Part shown: positions 1-9,271 of the stretch, one piece after another
How the letters are laid out: every line of letters starts with the position of its first letter
How positions within the stretch are numbered: position 1 is the first letter of the stretch
DNA from: Gammaproteobacteria bacterium
GTDB taxonomy: Bacteria; Pseudomonadota; Gammaproteobacteria; Xanthomonadales; Wenzhouxiangellaceae
Length of the DNA stretch: 64,000 bases
Assembly: GCA_021772985.1 (NCBI GenBank)
Contig: JAJFKX010000014.1
Location: 78,481-142,480 of the forward strand
Direction of reading: 5' to 3'
Made by a program: the position numbers and the translations under genes
The notes under the pieces: model-generated
Seen by the model: the letters and a program-made list of their open reading frames with translations, nothing else
What the model was told of the DNA's origin: nothing
Databases searched by the model: none

Positions 1-3000
1 TCTGACTGGGTTCCTGGTTATCCACCACAGCCAACACAAATTCAAAACTGCCGCCTTGCAACGGAACCCCGGAAATACCCAGGTTACAACCGTTCAACAC
101 CAAACCCGGTGGCAAATTTGATTCCAGCAACATGCATTCATACGGCAACTCACCACCTGCAACCGCAGTTGGTGTTTCATAAGGCACCCCAACCAGACCA
201 TTGGGGAAAATGATTTGCTGCTGCACCAGACCTTCCGGTAACACATCGAGAATGAACTGGCCGGTGCTGGCGCCTCCTGCGGTATCACCAACCGTTGCAT
301 TAAAGTTAAACTCACCTACCGCCTGGGGCACACCACTGATAAAACCCGTATCGGATAATGTCAAACCGGCCGGCAAGCCATTGCCGCCACTCCAACTATT
401 CGGTGCCTGGCCTCCGCTGAACATCAGTTGATAGCCATAGCTGACATTGATCACCGCCGGTGGCAATGACTGATCGGGTATTTGCAATCCAGACTGAACC
501 ACCAGAGTGTAATCCCGACCACCGCTGTTGCCCTGACTGTCCAGCGCATCCGCTTGTATATCAAATGTTCCGACAACAGTTGGTTGCCCCTGGATAATAC
601 CGTTGTTATGAGTTAACCCGGGAGGCAAGCCGACTAATTCAATAATATAAGGTGGAACGCCATTCAGCGGCACCACTGTGCTTAAATATTCAGCATCGGT
701 ATTGGCTGCAGGCAACACATCCGGAGCCAATACCAGATCAGTCAACACCTGCAGACTATAACTGCGTTCCACCATCTGAAGTGGTTCACTGCTGTCTTCA
801 GCGATTATCTGAATTTCCGATATCCCTGCTCTTACAGGAATACCACTTATCAGCACTGCTCTACCAGATGCAGGGCCACCAACAACAGCATTCAAACCGT
901 CTGGAATACCAGCTATCTCAATATCAACTGGATCAATTCCACCGATTGCCAGAATAGTGGCCATATAATCTGTGCCGGTACTGGCGTCTGGCAGGGTGTT
1001 GCCATCCGGAGTCAATGCTAATGGTGCCACCACCAGGGTTGTTCCAGTAACCTGATTATTGGCCAGCATCGGGTCAGCCGTATCCGCCGCAATGGTTAAG
1101 GTGTTGCTCACCATTTCCTCTACAGCTGCGTTGACCTCAAAGGTGAAACTTAATGACGCCAAATTATTCGCTGGCAGACTATCGGCCTGACAGATCACCA
1201 TCGCACTCATCGATTCAGCGCAGCTAAACAATTCCGAATCCACTGATTGCAATATCAAACCAGCTGAAAACTGATTTCTTAGAACCAGCTCAACCGCATC
1301 ATTCGGACCAAAATTAAGTATTCCCGCATCGATCACCAAAGTGGAGCCATTGACGACTTGATCGGGCACCAGCATGGTGACGTGCAAATCTGCCTGAGCC
1401 CCAATTATGGTGGTATCTGTTGCCTGATTATTCCCCGGGAACTGATCATCAATCCCAGCAGGAGTGGAGACTCTGGCAGTGTTCTGCAGGGTTCCTTCAA
1501 AATTTTCGCTGATGGTGGCTAACACTGAGAAAGTGACAAAACTGTTGGCCACAAAGTTAACCAGAACATCAATATCACCTGTGCCTGAGGCCACACTGCA
1601 ACTTGCACCAGACCCAGCCGTACATGTCCAGCTGACATCTGCCAGTGCTGGCGGAAGTATGTCAGTCACCCTGGCTGCATTAATGGTATTGTCACTGTTA
1701 TTGCTGGCAATAATCGTATAGGTCAGAGTTGAACCAGGTGTACTGGATGATTGCCCGTCGGTTTTGGTAATACTCAAGTCAAATGCTGTATTGACTGTCG
1801 TTGAAACTGTTGCAGAGGTATTATTCGACAGGTCGATATCTACCGCAGACTGTGCTGTAACGCTGGCCTGATTGAGAATATCACCTGCTGCTCCCTGAAC
1901 TACAGTACCGGTAATCGTGAATATCAGCTGTTCATCCTGGTTGATCAACACAACTTCGTTGATATTCCCTGTGCCTGCAGGCACGCATTCAGAAAAACCA
2001 TTGGCAGTACAGGTCCAATTCACATTCGTTAATAATGGCGAAAACGTATCGGTTACCAGTGCTTCCACAAGTATTACGTCACCATCCGGATCCTCAACCG
2101 GGTTACCCGCCTGGCCCGACAAATGTTCCACTATGACGGTATAAGTGATCACATCACCAGGATTTGCTTCTGCCAAATCAACCATTTTGCTAATCACTAA
2201 ATCAGCCATGATTGGCGTTATTTCCGTCATGTCGGTGGAGGAGTTATTAGCTAGTGCCGGATCAACCTCAGGTGGGTTGACGACTACATCGGCAGTGTTC
2301 TGCAAACTGCCGGTAAAAGCTGCATCAACCTCAGCGCTGACTGTAAAAGTCAAACTGCTCATTGGATTCAGGCTAACCGCAGCATTGATATCACCATTAC
2401 CATTAGCGGGGCAACTCGCACCCGGATCGGCAATACAAAACCAGTTGATATTAATCAGGCCACTGGGAAATAAATCAGTGACTGTTGCTGCCGGCACTGC
2501 AACATCCCCCAAATGCTCAACCATAATACTGTAATTTAATACGTCTCCAGGACTGGCGGTAATCAGGTTATCGGTTTTGGTAATAGCCAGATCAGTATTC
2601 GGAAGCACCACGATGGTGTCATCCGTAGCGACATTATTAACCAGGTTCGGGTCTACTGCCGGCATATCCACTGCCACCGTAGCTGTATTGGTTAAAGTGC
2701 CGGTAAAACCCGGATCAACCGTGGCGTTTACCGTATATTCCAGAAAATCACCGAATGTCAGGAATATTGAATCATTAATATCACCGGTGCCCGCGGGTGA
2801 ACATCCAGATTTTAAACCAGGTGTACAACTCCAGGTAACATTGGTCAGCCCCACCGGGAACATATCAGTGACCGTTCCGGAAACCGATGAGTCACCGATG
2901 TGATCCACTCTAATTATATAAGTAAGCAAATCACCAGGATTAGCTGTAGTTACATTATCTGTTTTGCTGATCGTAAGATCGAAATTCTGCACCGCCAGCA

Positions 3001-4438
3001 TAACGCCACTGGTGGCGGAATTGTTGGTCGGTGTTGTATCCAGCAAACCCGGACCCGCGCTGACCGTGGTGGTGGTAAAGAAATCATCAGTGGCCATGGG
3101 GTCAACTTGTGCATTGACGTTATATTGCACACTATCGCCATTGGCTATCGAGGCAGTGTCGATAATATCCCCGACATCACCTGATGAACACTGCGATGGC
3201 GACATTGCAAAACAGCTCCAACTGACGTTGATCAATTCCGCAGGGAAAGGCGTCGACACATCCACCATGCCATCACCGGCTGGACCGGCGTTACTTACTG
3301 TAATGGTGTAGGACAGGAAATCCCCCGGTAAGGCAGAAGGCATGCTGACCATGCTCGTTACCGATAAGTCCAGATCAAATACTTCGACCTCAACTGCACC
3401 GATATCACAATCAGCGGTTAAATCACCATCACCGTCGAAGTCTCTTGAAACACCACGCTGATCGTTGTTTTCACAAGGCACCGATGCAGCTTGACTGCCA
3501 TCAACAGCTGGACTGTTAAGCTGAGGAAGGTGGGTGAATGTAGATCCGCCATTATTCGCCAATGGCCCCAGCAATGGATCCACTCCATTCATATCGCCAG
3601 CGGCACTGAACCCACAACTACTATCTGAATCGATATTAAAACCGCCTGATACCAGCACCTCGCCGGTGCAGTTGGTACCAGTAGGGTTATCAATAATGGT
3701 GTTGCTGATCATACTGCCACCAGCCATAGAAGCGGTAATACCTGTTTGATTATCTGCAATGGTGACATTGTTGAGCGCAACCGAGCCTGTATTGATATCA
3801 ATGGCGGTATTCAAGCCAGAAAATGTACTGTTGCGAACTTCAAATGAGGCTTCCGAAGCAATAATCCCCAGCTCTGTTCCGGCACCTCGGAAAGTAGAGT
3901 TTTGTATGCTGATATTAGAAGAGGTACTCATGGAGACGCTGGTGCCATTATTGACGAAATCGACATTGTTTATACTGACATTCAGAGCGAACAGGCTAAC
4001 CGCGGTTCCAGCCCCTGCATTGGCCAAAGTCAGGTTATCAATGCCACCGACATTGTTGAACAACAGCATGGTGATTTCAGGCCCCGCCGGTGCCCGCATG
4101 ATGGTCGCGCCATTGCCATCCAGAATAAAATCTGCGATTGGCAGATAAATACTATCGAGGTCCGGGTCTGCATCCAGCATATAGACACTGCCTGCTGCCA
4201 GACTGATGACATTCAACCCCGGAATCGGCACTTCACAAGCGGCATCAGCCGGGTTGCCGTCGATAATGGATTGTGCAGCTTCATACAAACTGCATAATCC
4301 ATCACCCATATTAAAATTGACCTGTCCCGGGTCGACATTAATAACCTGTGCCTGACTGAAAACCGGGATCATCATGAATCCAGATAATATTAATGCTTTA
4401 CGAAATAACCGCATTAATGGCATTTTTGCTTGGAACAT
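1..4438 (-). CDS. Giant secreted surface/adhesin-like protein, N-terminal 1479 codons only (the gene runs off the left edge). Signal peptide, CSLREA-type region, at least 5 DUF11-type repeat domains, then several putative-Ig (He_PIG-like) units
   Basis: Absent from the ORF track because no stop codon lies in the window. My own minus-strand translation from ATG 4438 (in-frame TAG at 4457-4459 just upstream) stays open to position 2. The N-terminus MFQAKMPLMRLFRKALILSGFMMIPVFSQA/QV is Sec-signal-like. GDGLCSLYEAAQS matches the CSLREA motif. Five ~125-aa units repeat DL(S/T)I(S/T)KTD..PGD..Y(T/S)I...W(S/T)C....C..G(T/N)GDI. The distal part has LPPGL..(N/S)..G.ISG.P..G.F.F units. The 60-130 aa plus-strand ORFs listed here are antisense artefacts. 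Confidence 0.8.
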   Translation of the reverse strand, partial: MFQAKMPLMRLFRKALILSGFMMIPVFSQAQVINVDPGQVNFNMGDGLCSLYEAAQSIIDGNPADAACEVPIPGLNVISLAAGSVYMLDADPDLDSIYLPIADFILDGNGATIMRAPAGPEITMLLFNNVGGIDNLTLANAGAGTAVSLFALNVSINNVDFVNNGTSVSMSTSSNISIQNSTFRGAGTELGIIASEASFEVRNSTFSGLNTAIDINTGSVALNNVTIADNQTGITASMAGGSMISNTIIDNPTGTNCTGEVLVSGGFNIDSDSSCGFSAAGDMNGVDPLLGPLANNGGSTFTHLPQLNSPAVDGSQAASVPCENNDQRGVSRDFDGDGDLTADCDIGAVEVEVFDLDLSVTSMVSMPSALPGDFLSYTITVSNAGPAGDGMVDVSTPFPAELINVSWSCFAMSPSQCSSGDVGDIIDTASIANGDSVQYNVNAQVDPMATDDFFTTTTVSAGPGLLDTTPTNNSATSGVMLAVQNFDLTISKTDNVTTANPGDLLTYIIRVDHIGDSSVSGTVTDMFPVGLTNVTWSCTPGLKSGCSPAGTGDINDSIFLTFGDFLEYTVNATVDPGFTGTLTNTATVAVDMPAVDPNLVNNVATDDTIVVLPNTDLAITKTDNLITASPGDVLNYSIMVEHLGDVAVPAATVTDLFPSGLININWFCIADPGASCPANGNGDINAAVSLNPMSSLTFTVSAEVDAAFTGSLQNTADVVVNPPEVDPALANNSSTDMTEITPIMADLVISKMVDLAEANPGDVITYTVIVEHLSGQAGNPVEDPDGDVILVEALVTDTFSPLLTNVNWTCTANGFSECVPAGTGNINEVVLINQDEQLIFTITGTVVQGAAGDILNQASVTAQSAVDIDLSNNTSATVSTTVNTAFDLSITKTDGQSSSTPGSTLTYTIIASNNSDNTINAARVTDILPPALADVSWTCTAGSGASCSVASGTGDIDVLVNFVANSFVTFSVLATISENFEGTLQNTARVSTPAGIDDQFPGNNQATDTTIIGAQADLHVTMLVPDQVVNGSTLVIDAGILNFGPNDAVELVLRNQFSAGLILQSVDSELFSCAESMSAMVICQADSLPANNLASLSFTFEVNAAVEEMVSNTLTIAADTADPMLANNQVTGTTLVVAPLALTPDGNTLPDASTGTDYMATILAIGGIDPVDIEIAGIPDGLNAVVGGPASGRAVLISGIPVRAGISEIQIIAEDSSEPLQMVERSYSLQVLTDLVLAPDVLPAANTDAEYLSTVVPLNGVPPYIIELVGLPPGLTHNNGIIQGQPTVVGTFDIQADALDSQGNSGGRDYTLVVQSGLQIPDQSLPPAVINVSYGYQLMFSGGQAPNSWSGGNGLPAGLTLSDTGFISGVPQAVGEFNFNATVGDTAGGASTGQFILDVLPEGLVQQQIIFPNGLVGVPYETPTAVAGGELPYECMLLESNLPPGLVLNGCNLGISGVPLQGGSFEFVLAVVDNQEPSQ

Positions 4439-4527
4439 GTTGGTTGTTACCTGTAGCTACTCCGAACAATTAAAAAAACATTCTCATCAAATTAAAGCCG
4501 TGGCCCCGCACTGGTACCCGATCCGGG

Positions 4528-5322
4528 CTATCCTCCAGACGGTGGCCTTGGTGGCGGTGGTGCCATACCCATTTCACCCGCCGGTTGATCAGCTGTAGTA
4601 GGCGCCGGCGCAGTTGGATCGACCGTTTGATCTCCACCGGAAATAATTGCCTGGTCACCACCAGATCCGATCACTGCGTCTGCATTACTGGCAGTAGCGG
4701 CCTCGTCGGCAGCACCAAAGAACCTGGTAGGCGGCCGGATTGGTTCCCCTAAGCGAATACTGATGAAGTCACCTGCTTGCAACAAGGTTGCACCGGGAAA
4801 ACCCGGATCCTGACTGGTCGCGGATACCACTCCGGAATATACATAAACCGATGTCTCCCGGGTTGCTGCAACCACTTCGAAGACTGTGCCCTGAACCCCC
4901 ATTACACCTTCACGGGTTTCTACCTTATAACTATCCTGACGGCTGGAAAAGGCACTGGAAACCTGGCTACGCAGGCGACCACGGGTTAGTTGCAATAAAC
5001 TGCGAGGTGCTGCTCCCGGTGCGTATTGGGCAATCGCGACCTGGGCATTTTCATCCAGGGTAAAACTGCTGCCATCGGTAAATTGGACTTCCAACAAAGC
5101 ATTGTCGGAGGTTATTAATTCATCGTTACGCTGTATCTGATCACCTAATGCTATCGCACCAGTCTGGGCAGCCCGGACAACCGATACCTCACCTTGTAAA
5201 CGGATAACTTCGCCTACCACCTGATCATCCTGAGCAAAACCGGAGATGGGCAGCAAACAAAACAACAACGTATATAAAACGATAATCTGCCTGGGTATCA
5301 TCAATAATTGTTTAATCTTCAT
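4528..5322 (-). CDS. FecR-domain protein, secreted or periplasmic, with a Pro-rich C-terminal tail
   Basis: 264-aa ORF with a hydrophobic N-terminal signal (LLFCLLPISGFAQD). FecR-like beta-sandwich pattern (VIRLQGEVSVVRA...GDQIQRNDELITSDNALLEVQFTDGSSFTL). Stop codon lies 89 nt upstream of the adhesin start; same strand. Confidence 0.65.
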   Translation of the reverse strand: MKIKQLLMIPRQIIVLYTLLFCLLPISGFAQDDQVVGEVIRLQGEVSVVRAAQTGAIALGDQIQRNDELITSDNALLEVQFTDGSSFTLDENAQVAIAQYAPGAAPRSLLQLTRGRLRSQVSSAFSSRQDSYKVETREGVMGVQGTVFEVVAATRETSVYVYSGVVSATSQDPGFPGATLLQAGDFISIRLGEPIRPPTRFFGAADEAATASNADAVIGSGGDQAIISGGDQTVDPTAPAPTTADQPAGEMGMAPPPPRPPSGG

Positions 5323-5323
5323 T

Positions 5324-6811
5324 TTAAAACCGCCAGCTCACACCTACTGAAGCGACAAAACGCTGATAATCGAATGCTGCAATACTGGACTGGTGATCTA
5401 CATAGGTCAGCTGACCACGTAAATACCAGCCTTGAGCAACCTGATAAGTCGAACTGAGGTAATACTCCCAGCTTTCATCAGCGCGTTCGGTCAGAAAGGG
5501 AACATTAAGATTGTCAAAATTGATATCGGTATAACGCGCCCCGGCTCCTGCCGACCATTTTGGGGTAAAGTTATATTCGGTATACGTATAAGCCTGTATT
5601 TCCTCACGATCCCAATTACTGCCATCGGCATCATAATCGAGGTATTCAACAATACTGCGTAGCGTCCACTGACGGGTCAGGTTGCCGCCAAATAACGCGC
5701 CACCACCATAAACTTCTGCGCTGCGGTCATCTTCTGGAAATGCCACCAGATCAAAGTCACTTTTGGCATATCGACCATATACATGCGTATATAGACTATC
5801 TGATACACGCAGATACGCTCCCGGTGAAACTGTCACAGTGGTGCTGAATGAATCACCATCAAAACGATCATGGCTGACTTCAGCCGGCAAACGCCAGCCC
5901 CATCTATTGAACGACTGCCCGGTACCCAATAAGCCATTTAGTCGGGTAAAATTAAACTCACTGGCCTGGTGATGAACAGATTGTGTTCCACGCCCCTCAG
6001 CAAACAACATCCAGTTTCCACCCAGTTTTCTCTGATAGATCGCATCTGCGGTTACCACATGGCGAAAATCTTCTTCATCCTGAGTACCGGTTGGGGCCAG
6101 ACCATCCGGTAACAAAGCCACGTTGTCGTCGTATTCCAAACGGTAACCAAGGGCAAAACTCCAGGGGCTTTGCTGCGGTTCATCACGCACTTCACCAACC
6201 TGTCGAAAGCGATAACTCAAAAATGAATCCGGGCTGCGACGTATGGCTTGCTGGGCAATAGCATAGGCTTCCTGGTATCGTCGGTTTTGCTGCAGGTACT
6301 CGATATACTCGGCTGCTGCCTCTTGAGCCAGTTCAGCATCCTCAGATTGCAGTAACCCCAGATACAACTTATCCACTGCGCGCCGATCACCTTCTGCACT
6401 TGCGATACGGGCACTGAACAATTGATAGCGGTCATCGTTATTGCCGGGAATATGTGCCAAAGTTGCTTTAGCCGATGCAAAATCACGCTCAGCTATTAAA
6501 CTGCTCAACAGTGCAGCGTTTACTTCATTATCAGTCGGGTTATTTTCTGCTGCCTGTTTGAGTAACGGCAAAGCTTGATCCGGTTGTTGCAGCTGGTAAT
6601 ACGCCAAGCCCAGTAATCGGTCTCTGTCAGCCGCTGCAGGTGCGGCCATCAGCAACTGAATAACTGTGTTCCAATCTCGCTCGGCATGAGCCTGCATTGC
6701 GGCATTCAAGCTGGATTCCTGGCAGAACCCGACTTGAGCCAATGCAAGCCCTAATATAAATATATTTACTCTAGCAAGATTGACTCTTATATAACGGTCA
6801 ACTGAATACAT
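5324..6811 (-). CDS. Outer-membrane protein: N-terminal TPR-like repeats plus a C-terminal beta-barrel (Slam/DUF560-like or YaiO-like architecture; family not resolved)
   Basis: 495-aa ORF. The N-terminal ~200 aa are helical TPR-like (LGLAYYQLQQPDQALPLLKQAAENNP). The C-terminal ~290 aa show an alternating-hydrophobic, Y/G/D/N-rich strand pattern ending VGVSWRF (terminal aromatic, typical of BAM substrates). A 1-nt gap separates it from the FecR gene. Confidence 0.6.
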   Translation of the reverse strand: MYSVDRYIRVNLARVNIFILGLALAQVGFCQESSLNAAMQAHAERDWNTVIQLLMAAPAAADRDRLLGLAYYQLQQPDQALPLLKQAAENNPTDNEVNAALLSSLIAERDFASAKATLAHIPGNNDDRYQLFSARIASAEGDRRAVDKLYLGLLQSEDAELAQEAAAEYIEYLQQNRRYQEAYAIAQQAIRRSPDSFLSYRFRQVGEVRDEPQQSPWSFALGYRLEYDDNVALLPDGLAPTGTQDEEDFRHVVTADAIYQRKLGGNWMLFAEGRGTQSVHHQASEFNFTRLNGLLGTGQSFNRWGWRLPAEVSHDRFDGDSFSTTVTVSPGAYLRVSDSLYTHVYGRYAKSDFDLVAFPEDDRSAEVYGGGALFGGNLTRQWTLRSIVEYLDYDADGSNWDREEIQAYTYTEYNFTPKWSAGAGARYTDINFDNLNVPFLTERADESWEYYLSSTYQVAQGWYLRGQLTYVDHQSSIAAFDYQRFVASVGVSWRF

Positions 6812-6988
6812 AACTGATTATAGGCTTCGTACTGCCAAATCGTCAATTTAACCTGATTCGAAAAAGCCTTAATAAAATCTATAAAAAAACAAATAAATAC
6901 AATATCTTATAAGCAGCCCAAGTGTGTCGCTCAATCCGCCATACAGTTAATCTATTGGTGTTCTCGCGGCCCCGTTTCAAAATAAGCA

Positions 6989-7066
6989 TTGATCAGCATA
7001 TTGATCAAATTTGAATTACTCCGTTTTGCTATCTTTCAATCGATCGAATCTGATCTAGTCAGATCA
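6989..7066. promoter_or_regulatory. Two palindromes with TGATC cores; candidate enhancer (UAS) sites for a sigma-54 activator
   Basis: TTGATCA-GCATAT-TGATCAA at 6989-7008 and TGATCT-AGTC-AGATCA at 7051-7066. They lie 140-215 nt upstream of the sigma-54-like promoter at 7205-7221. Confidence 0.3.
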
Positions 7067-7204
7067 CTTAAGTTGCAGGGTCTGGATCAGCCATCTGTCC
7101 GGTCGCCAATAAAAAGTGTCCGCAATGTTTGCTCAGGTGTCCGACGCCGCAGACAAACAGCTATCGTATTTAAAATATATATATTTATCAATAGCTTAAA
7201 ATAA

Positions 7205-7221
7205 CGGCATGATTATTGCAT
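7205..7221 (+). promoter_or_regulatory. Sigma-54 (-24/-12) type promoter for the exporter operon
   Basis: cGGCATGattaTTGCAt: GG at 7206-7207 and GC at 7218-7219, exactly 10 nt apart. 12 of 14 defined consensus positions of YTGGCACGrNNNTTGCW match. It sits 38 nt upstream of ATG 7259. An NtrC-type activator is encoded just downstream of the operon. Confidence 0.5.
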
Positions 7222-7258
7222 GTATAGCTTTGAATATGATTGAAAGCTGGTTGCCAAT

Positions 7259-8545
7259 ATGGATGCGCTGAAGATACGTGATACCTCCGCTCAAGATGTG
7301 ACCTTGGCTGTCAGACCAAATCGACGGCGTTGGTTATGGCCGGCGGTTGGTGCATTGATCGCCCTGCTGTTTTTGGTGATTGTAATCCCTCGTTTCAACC
7401 AATGGCTGGCAGCAGAACAAAGCATCAATGCAGAACGTATCCGTACAGCTCTTGTTGAGCGCGGTTCCTTTGTGCGAGATGTGGGTGTGCAAGGGAGAAT
7501 TATCGCTGCGGTAAGCCCTACTTTGTATAGCCCGGTAACCGGGACGGTCAGCCTACATGTTAAGCCGGGGGATGAAGTGCAGCTGGGGGATATCTTGGCT
7601 GAGGTTCGCAGCCCTGAGGTGGACGCTGAATATGAACAGGAATTATCCACACTGCAAAGATTGGGGGTGGAATTAGATCGCCAACATATTGAGTCGCGCA
7701 AATCACAATTTGAGAATCAGCAAACCGTTGATCTGGCAAAAGTCCGCTTAACCGCTGCGCAACGTGAAATGCGGCGCGCCGAAAAATCGATCCAGGTCAA
7801 CGCCATCAGTGATATCGAATATCAACGTTACAAAGATGACCTGGCAACTACCGACGTGGAATACGCGCATGCCACCCAGGATGCATTGCTGGCTGAGGAA
7901 AGCCTGGATTTCGAAATGCAGACCCGGCAGTTGGAACTGGAACGCCAGCAATTATTGGTTGACAACCATAAACGGCGTGTTGATGAATTAACCATTCGTG
8001 CGCCGGTCGGCGGCATTATTGGTAATGTTCTGGTTGAACAAAAAGCAGCCGTGATACCCAACCAAGCCTTAATAACTGTTGTCGATCTAAGTGCTTTCGA
8101 GGTGGAATTGCGCATTCCCGAAACTTATGCAGATGAACTCGGTATTGGCATGAGTGTGGATATCCAATATGCCAATGCTGTTTACCCAGGTCAGCTCAGT
8201 GCACTTTCGCCCGAGGTAGCCAATAACGAAGTTGTCGGCCGAGCGAAATTCATCAGCGGTTCCCCTGCCGGCTTACGCCAGAACCAACGGGTTCAGGCAC
8301 GCATCGTCATCGACGAGTTAACTGATGTATTGAAACTGCCACGCGGCGCATTCGCCGACACCGGCAGTGGCCGCATTGCTTTTGTGCTGGATAGTGAAGG
8401 GTTGGCACAAAAACGCACCATTACCCTAGGCAGTCGTTCGGTCAGTGAAATTGTAGTGATTGACGGTTTACGCGAAGGTGAAGAGATAGTGATTTCCAAT
8501 ATTAGCGAATTTGCTGATGCTGACGTGATTCGCATAACAGAGTGA
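7259..8545 (+). CDS. HlyD/MacA-family periplasmic adaptor (membrane fusion protein)
   Basis: 428 aa: N-terminal TM anchor, lipoyl-like hairpin (VKPGDEVQLGDILAEV), long coiled-coil, beta-barrel C-terminus. First gene of the MFP-ABC-permease-permease operon. Confidence 0.85.
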   Translation: MDALKIRDTSAQDVTLAVRPNRRRWLWPAVGALIALLFLVIVIPRFNQWLAAEQSINAERIRTALVERGSFVRDVGVQGRIIAAVSPTLYSPVTGTVSLHVKPGDEVQLGDILAEVRSPEVDAEYEQELSTLQRLGVELDRQHIESRKSQFENQQTVDLAKVRLTAAQREMRRAEKSIQVNAISDIEYQRYKDDLATTDVEYAHATQDALLAEESLDFEMQTRQLELERQQLLVDNHKRRVDELTIRAPVGGIIGNVLVEQKAAVIPNQALITVVDLSAFEVELRIPETYADELGIGMSVDIQYANAVYPGQLSALSPEVANNEVVGRAKFISGSPAGLRQNQRVQARIVIDELTDVLKLPRGAFADTGSGRIAFVLDSEGLAQKRTITLGSRSVSEIVVIDGLREGEEIVISNISEFADADVIRITE

Positions 8546-8555
8546 GGCCCAGAAG

Positions 8556-9266
8556 ATGCTGAAAATGCAAAATATTTCCAAAGTTTATCGCACTGATTTA
8601 ATCGAAACATATGCCCTGCGGGAGTTTGATCTCGAAGTGAATGAGGGCGAATTCATTGCCGTCACCGGCCCCTCGGGTTCGGGTAAAACCACATTTTTAA
8701 ATATCGCCGGTTTGTTGGAGACATTTGATCACGGTGAGTATTCTCTTGATGGCGAGAATGTTAGTCAGCTGAATGACTATCAACGCTCACGCCTGCGAAA
8801 CGAAAAAGTAGGTTTTATATTCCAGAGTTTCAATCTTATTCCCGATCTCGATTTGTTCGACAATGTGGATGTCCCATTGCGTTATCGGCGGATGTCCGGC
8901 CGAGCACGTAAGCAAGCCATCGAAGGCATGCTGGAAATGGTCGGCCTGGCATCACGTAAAAATTATCTACCGTCACAACTTTCCGGGGGGCAACAGCAAC
9001 GGGTGGCAATTGCACGTGCACTGGCCGGGAAACCACGCTTTTTGCTGGCTGATGAACCTACCGGCAATCTTGATTCATTAATGGCGCGCCAGGTGATGGA
9101 TTTGTTGGAATCGATTAACGAACAAGGCACTACCATCGTGATGGTTACCCACGACCATGAATTAGCCCGCCGTGCAGATCGTAACATCCAAATCCTGGAT
9201 GGACAGGTCAGCGATTTGGCCAGTATTTATCAAGCGCGTACCGAACGCATTGCAGCCGGGGAGTAA
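8556..9266 (+). CDS. ABC transporter ATP-binding protein (MacB/LolD-type)
   Basis: Walker [10 protein letters not shown], signature [15 protein letters not shown], Walker [12 protein letters not shown]. Confidence 0.9.
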   Translation: MLKMQNISKVYRTDLIETYALREFDLEVNEGEFIAVTGPSGSGKTTFLNIAGLLETFDHGEYSLDGENVSQLNDYQRSRLRNEKVGFIFQSFNLIPDLDLFDNVDVPLRYRRMSGRARKQAIEGMLEMVGLASRKNYLPSQLSGGQQQRVAIARALAGKPRFLLADEPTGNLDSLMARQVMDLLESINEQGTTIVMVTHDHELARRADRNIQILDGQVSDLASIYQARTERIAAGE

Positions 9267-9271
9267 TCTGG

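Noticed and set aside
94-4297. More than 20 ORFs of 60-131 aa from the track, mostly plus-strand, across the first 4.4 kb
   Set aside because: They are low-complexity antisense or off-frame products (Thr/Ser/Val/Ala-rich) of one continuous minus-strand reading frame. That frame is open from 4438 to the window edge and has clear domain repeats.
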